64,000 nucleotides of DNA from NCBI GenBank assembly GCA_038087875.1, contig CM075977.1, forward strand, positions 271,188,001-271,252,000, read 5' to 3'. Position 1 is the stretch's first letter. Each line of letters starts with the position of its first letter. The DNA is from Malacoraja senta. Lineage: Eukaryota. Both the position numbers and the translations under genes were made by a program. Under the pieces are notes generated by a model. That model saw nothing but the letters and a program-made list of their open reading frames with translations. It did no database searches and was not told where the DNA came from. Of the stretch, positions 63,133 through 64,000 are shown one piece after another.

Positions 63133-64000
63133 CAAAGCTGGTATGTGATTACACCATGTATATGGCTCTTTTATCCCTTTTTCCACCTGGTGGTTTTGGG
63201 CAAACCTAGGCTTTCACATTTACAAACCCCTCAGTGACTGCATTCAGCGTGACAGGAAAGGCCTTAGGGGGCTATGAAAGCCTTCAGCACACCAGCGTAC
63301 GACGGTGAGATCCCTTAGAAGGGGAACTGGGGCAAGCTATTCTCATTGAGAAAAAAAGTAAACTGGGACAGAAGATTAAGTGGAGAAGATATTCAAACTT
63401 TAAAAATCCTCAATTGGCTTGACAGGCTAGAGGAATGTACGATGTATTCAAGAGAGAGTTAGGTATAGCTCTTAGGGCTAACGGAATCAAGGGATATGGG
63501 GAGCAAGAACGGTGTACTGATTTTGGATGGTTAGCCATGATCATATTGAATGGCGGTGCTGGCTCAAAAGGTTGAATGGCTTACTCCTGCACCTATTTTC
63601 TATGTTTTTATGATGTTTCCCTTGACCAAGGAATACAGGACAAGAGGACATTAGTTTGAGAATAGGGGGACTGAAATTAGGAGAAATGAGGATGAACCTT
63701 TGGAATTTTCTACATCAGAGGGCTGTGGATGTTCATGATTGATGGATTTCTCAAAGTTAAGTGATAGAGATAGTGATGGAAAATGCTGCTGAGGTATGTC
63801 AATCGTGAACATGATGAATAACAGAAGAGGTTTTGTTCTGCTCCTATTTCACATGGTCTCATGTTCTTCTTGGCCCCTTCTCACTCCCACAAGGAAACGG
63901 CTTATAATTTATTCCACAAAAGTGCCACCCAGCTCATACTTATGGAGAGTATGGACAGCTATGATAACATGGTAGATAAATGTCAGATCATTAATTGGAG

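Noticed and set aside
1-64000. Prokaryotic features (CRISPR arrays, operons, rRNA)
   Set aside because: The sequence is vertebrate repeat-rich DNA with no regularly spaced repeat-spacer array and no rRNA motifs.

Overview
Vertebrate genomic DNA that is intergenic or intronic and very repeat-rich. The repeat complement points to a cartilaginous fish (skate/ray/shark-like): CR1/HER1-like LINEs, HE1/V-SINE-like tRNA SINEs, Penelope, Rex1/Babar, L1, RTE, Tc1 and PIF/Harbinger-type TIR elements. Almost every ORF in the track is a decayed retrotransposon or transposase fragment, or noise, and no complete host gene was recognised. The main exception is at 42.8-46.2 kb. Two PIF/Harbinger-type elements sit in tandem and share one TAA target (TAA-A-TAA-B-TAA). 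Element A is a 605-bp CpG-rich MITE with E-boxes and splice donors. Element B is 2.77 kb, has 44-bp TIRs and no transposase, and carries an uninterrupted Thr/Pro-rich ORF of about 300 codons behind a splice acceptor. Its RGKIPW..FG...QR..LRRLRKP motif resembles the low-complexity middle region of vertebrate IGSF10 as I recall it, so B is a candidate gene-capturing ('Pack'-type) Harbinger. The window also holds many short Penelope-derived insertions with minimal hammerhead-ribozyme cores, often in fold-back form with clear TSDs. Boundaries of old repeats are approximate, and family names come from motif recognition, not database searches.
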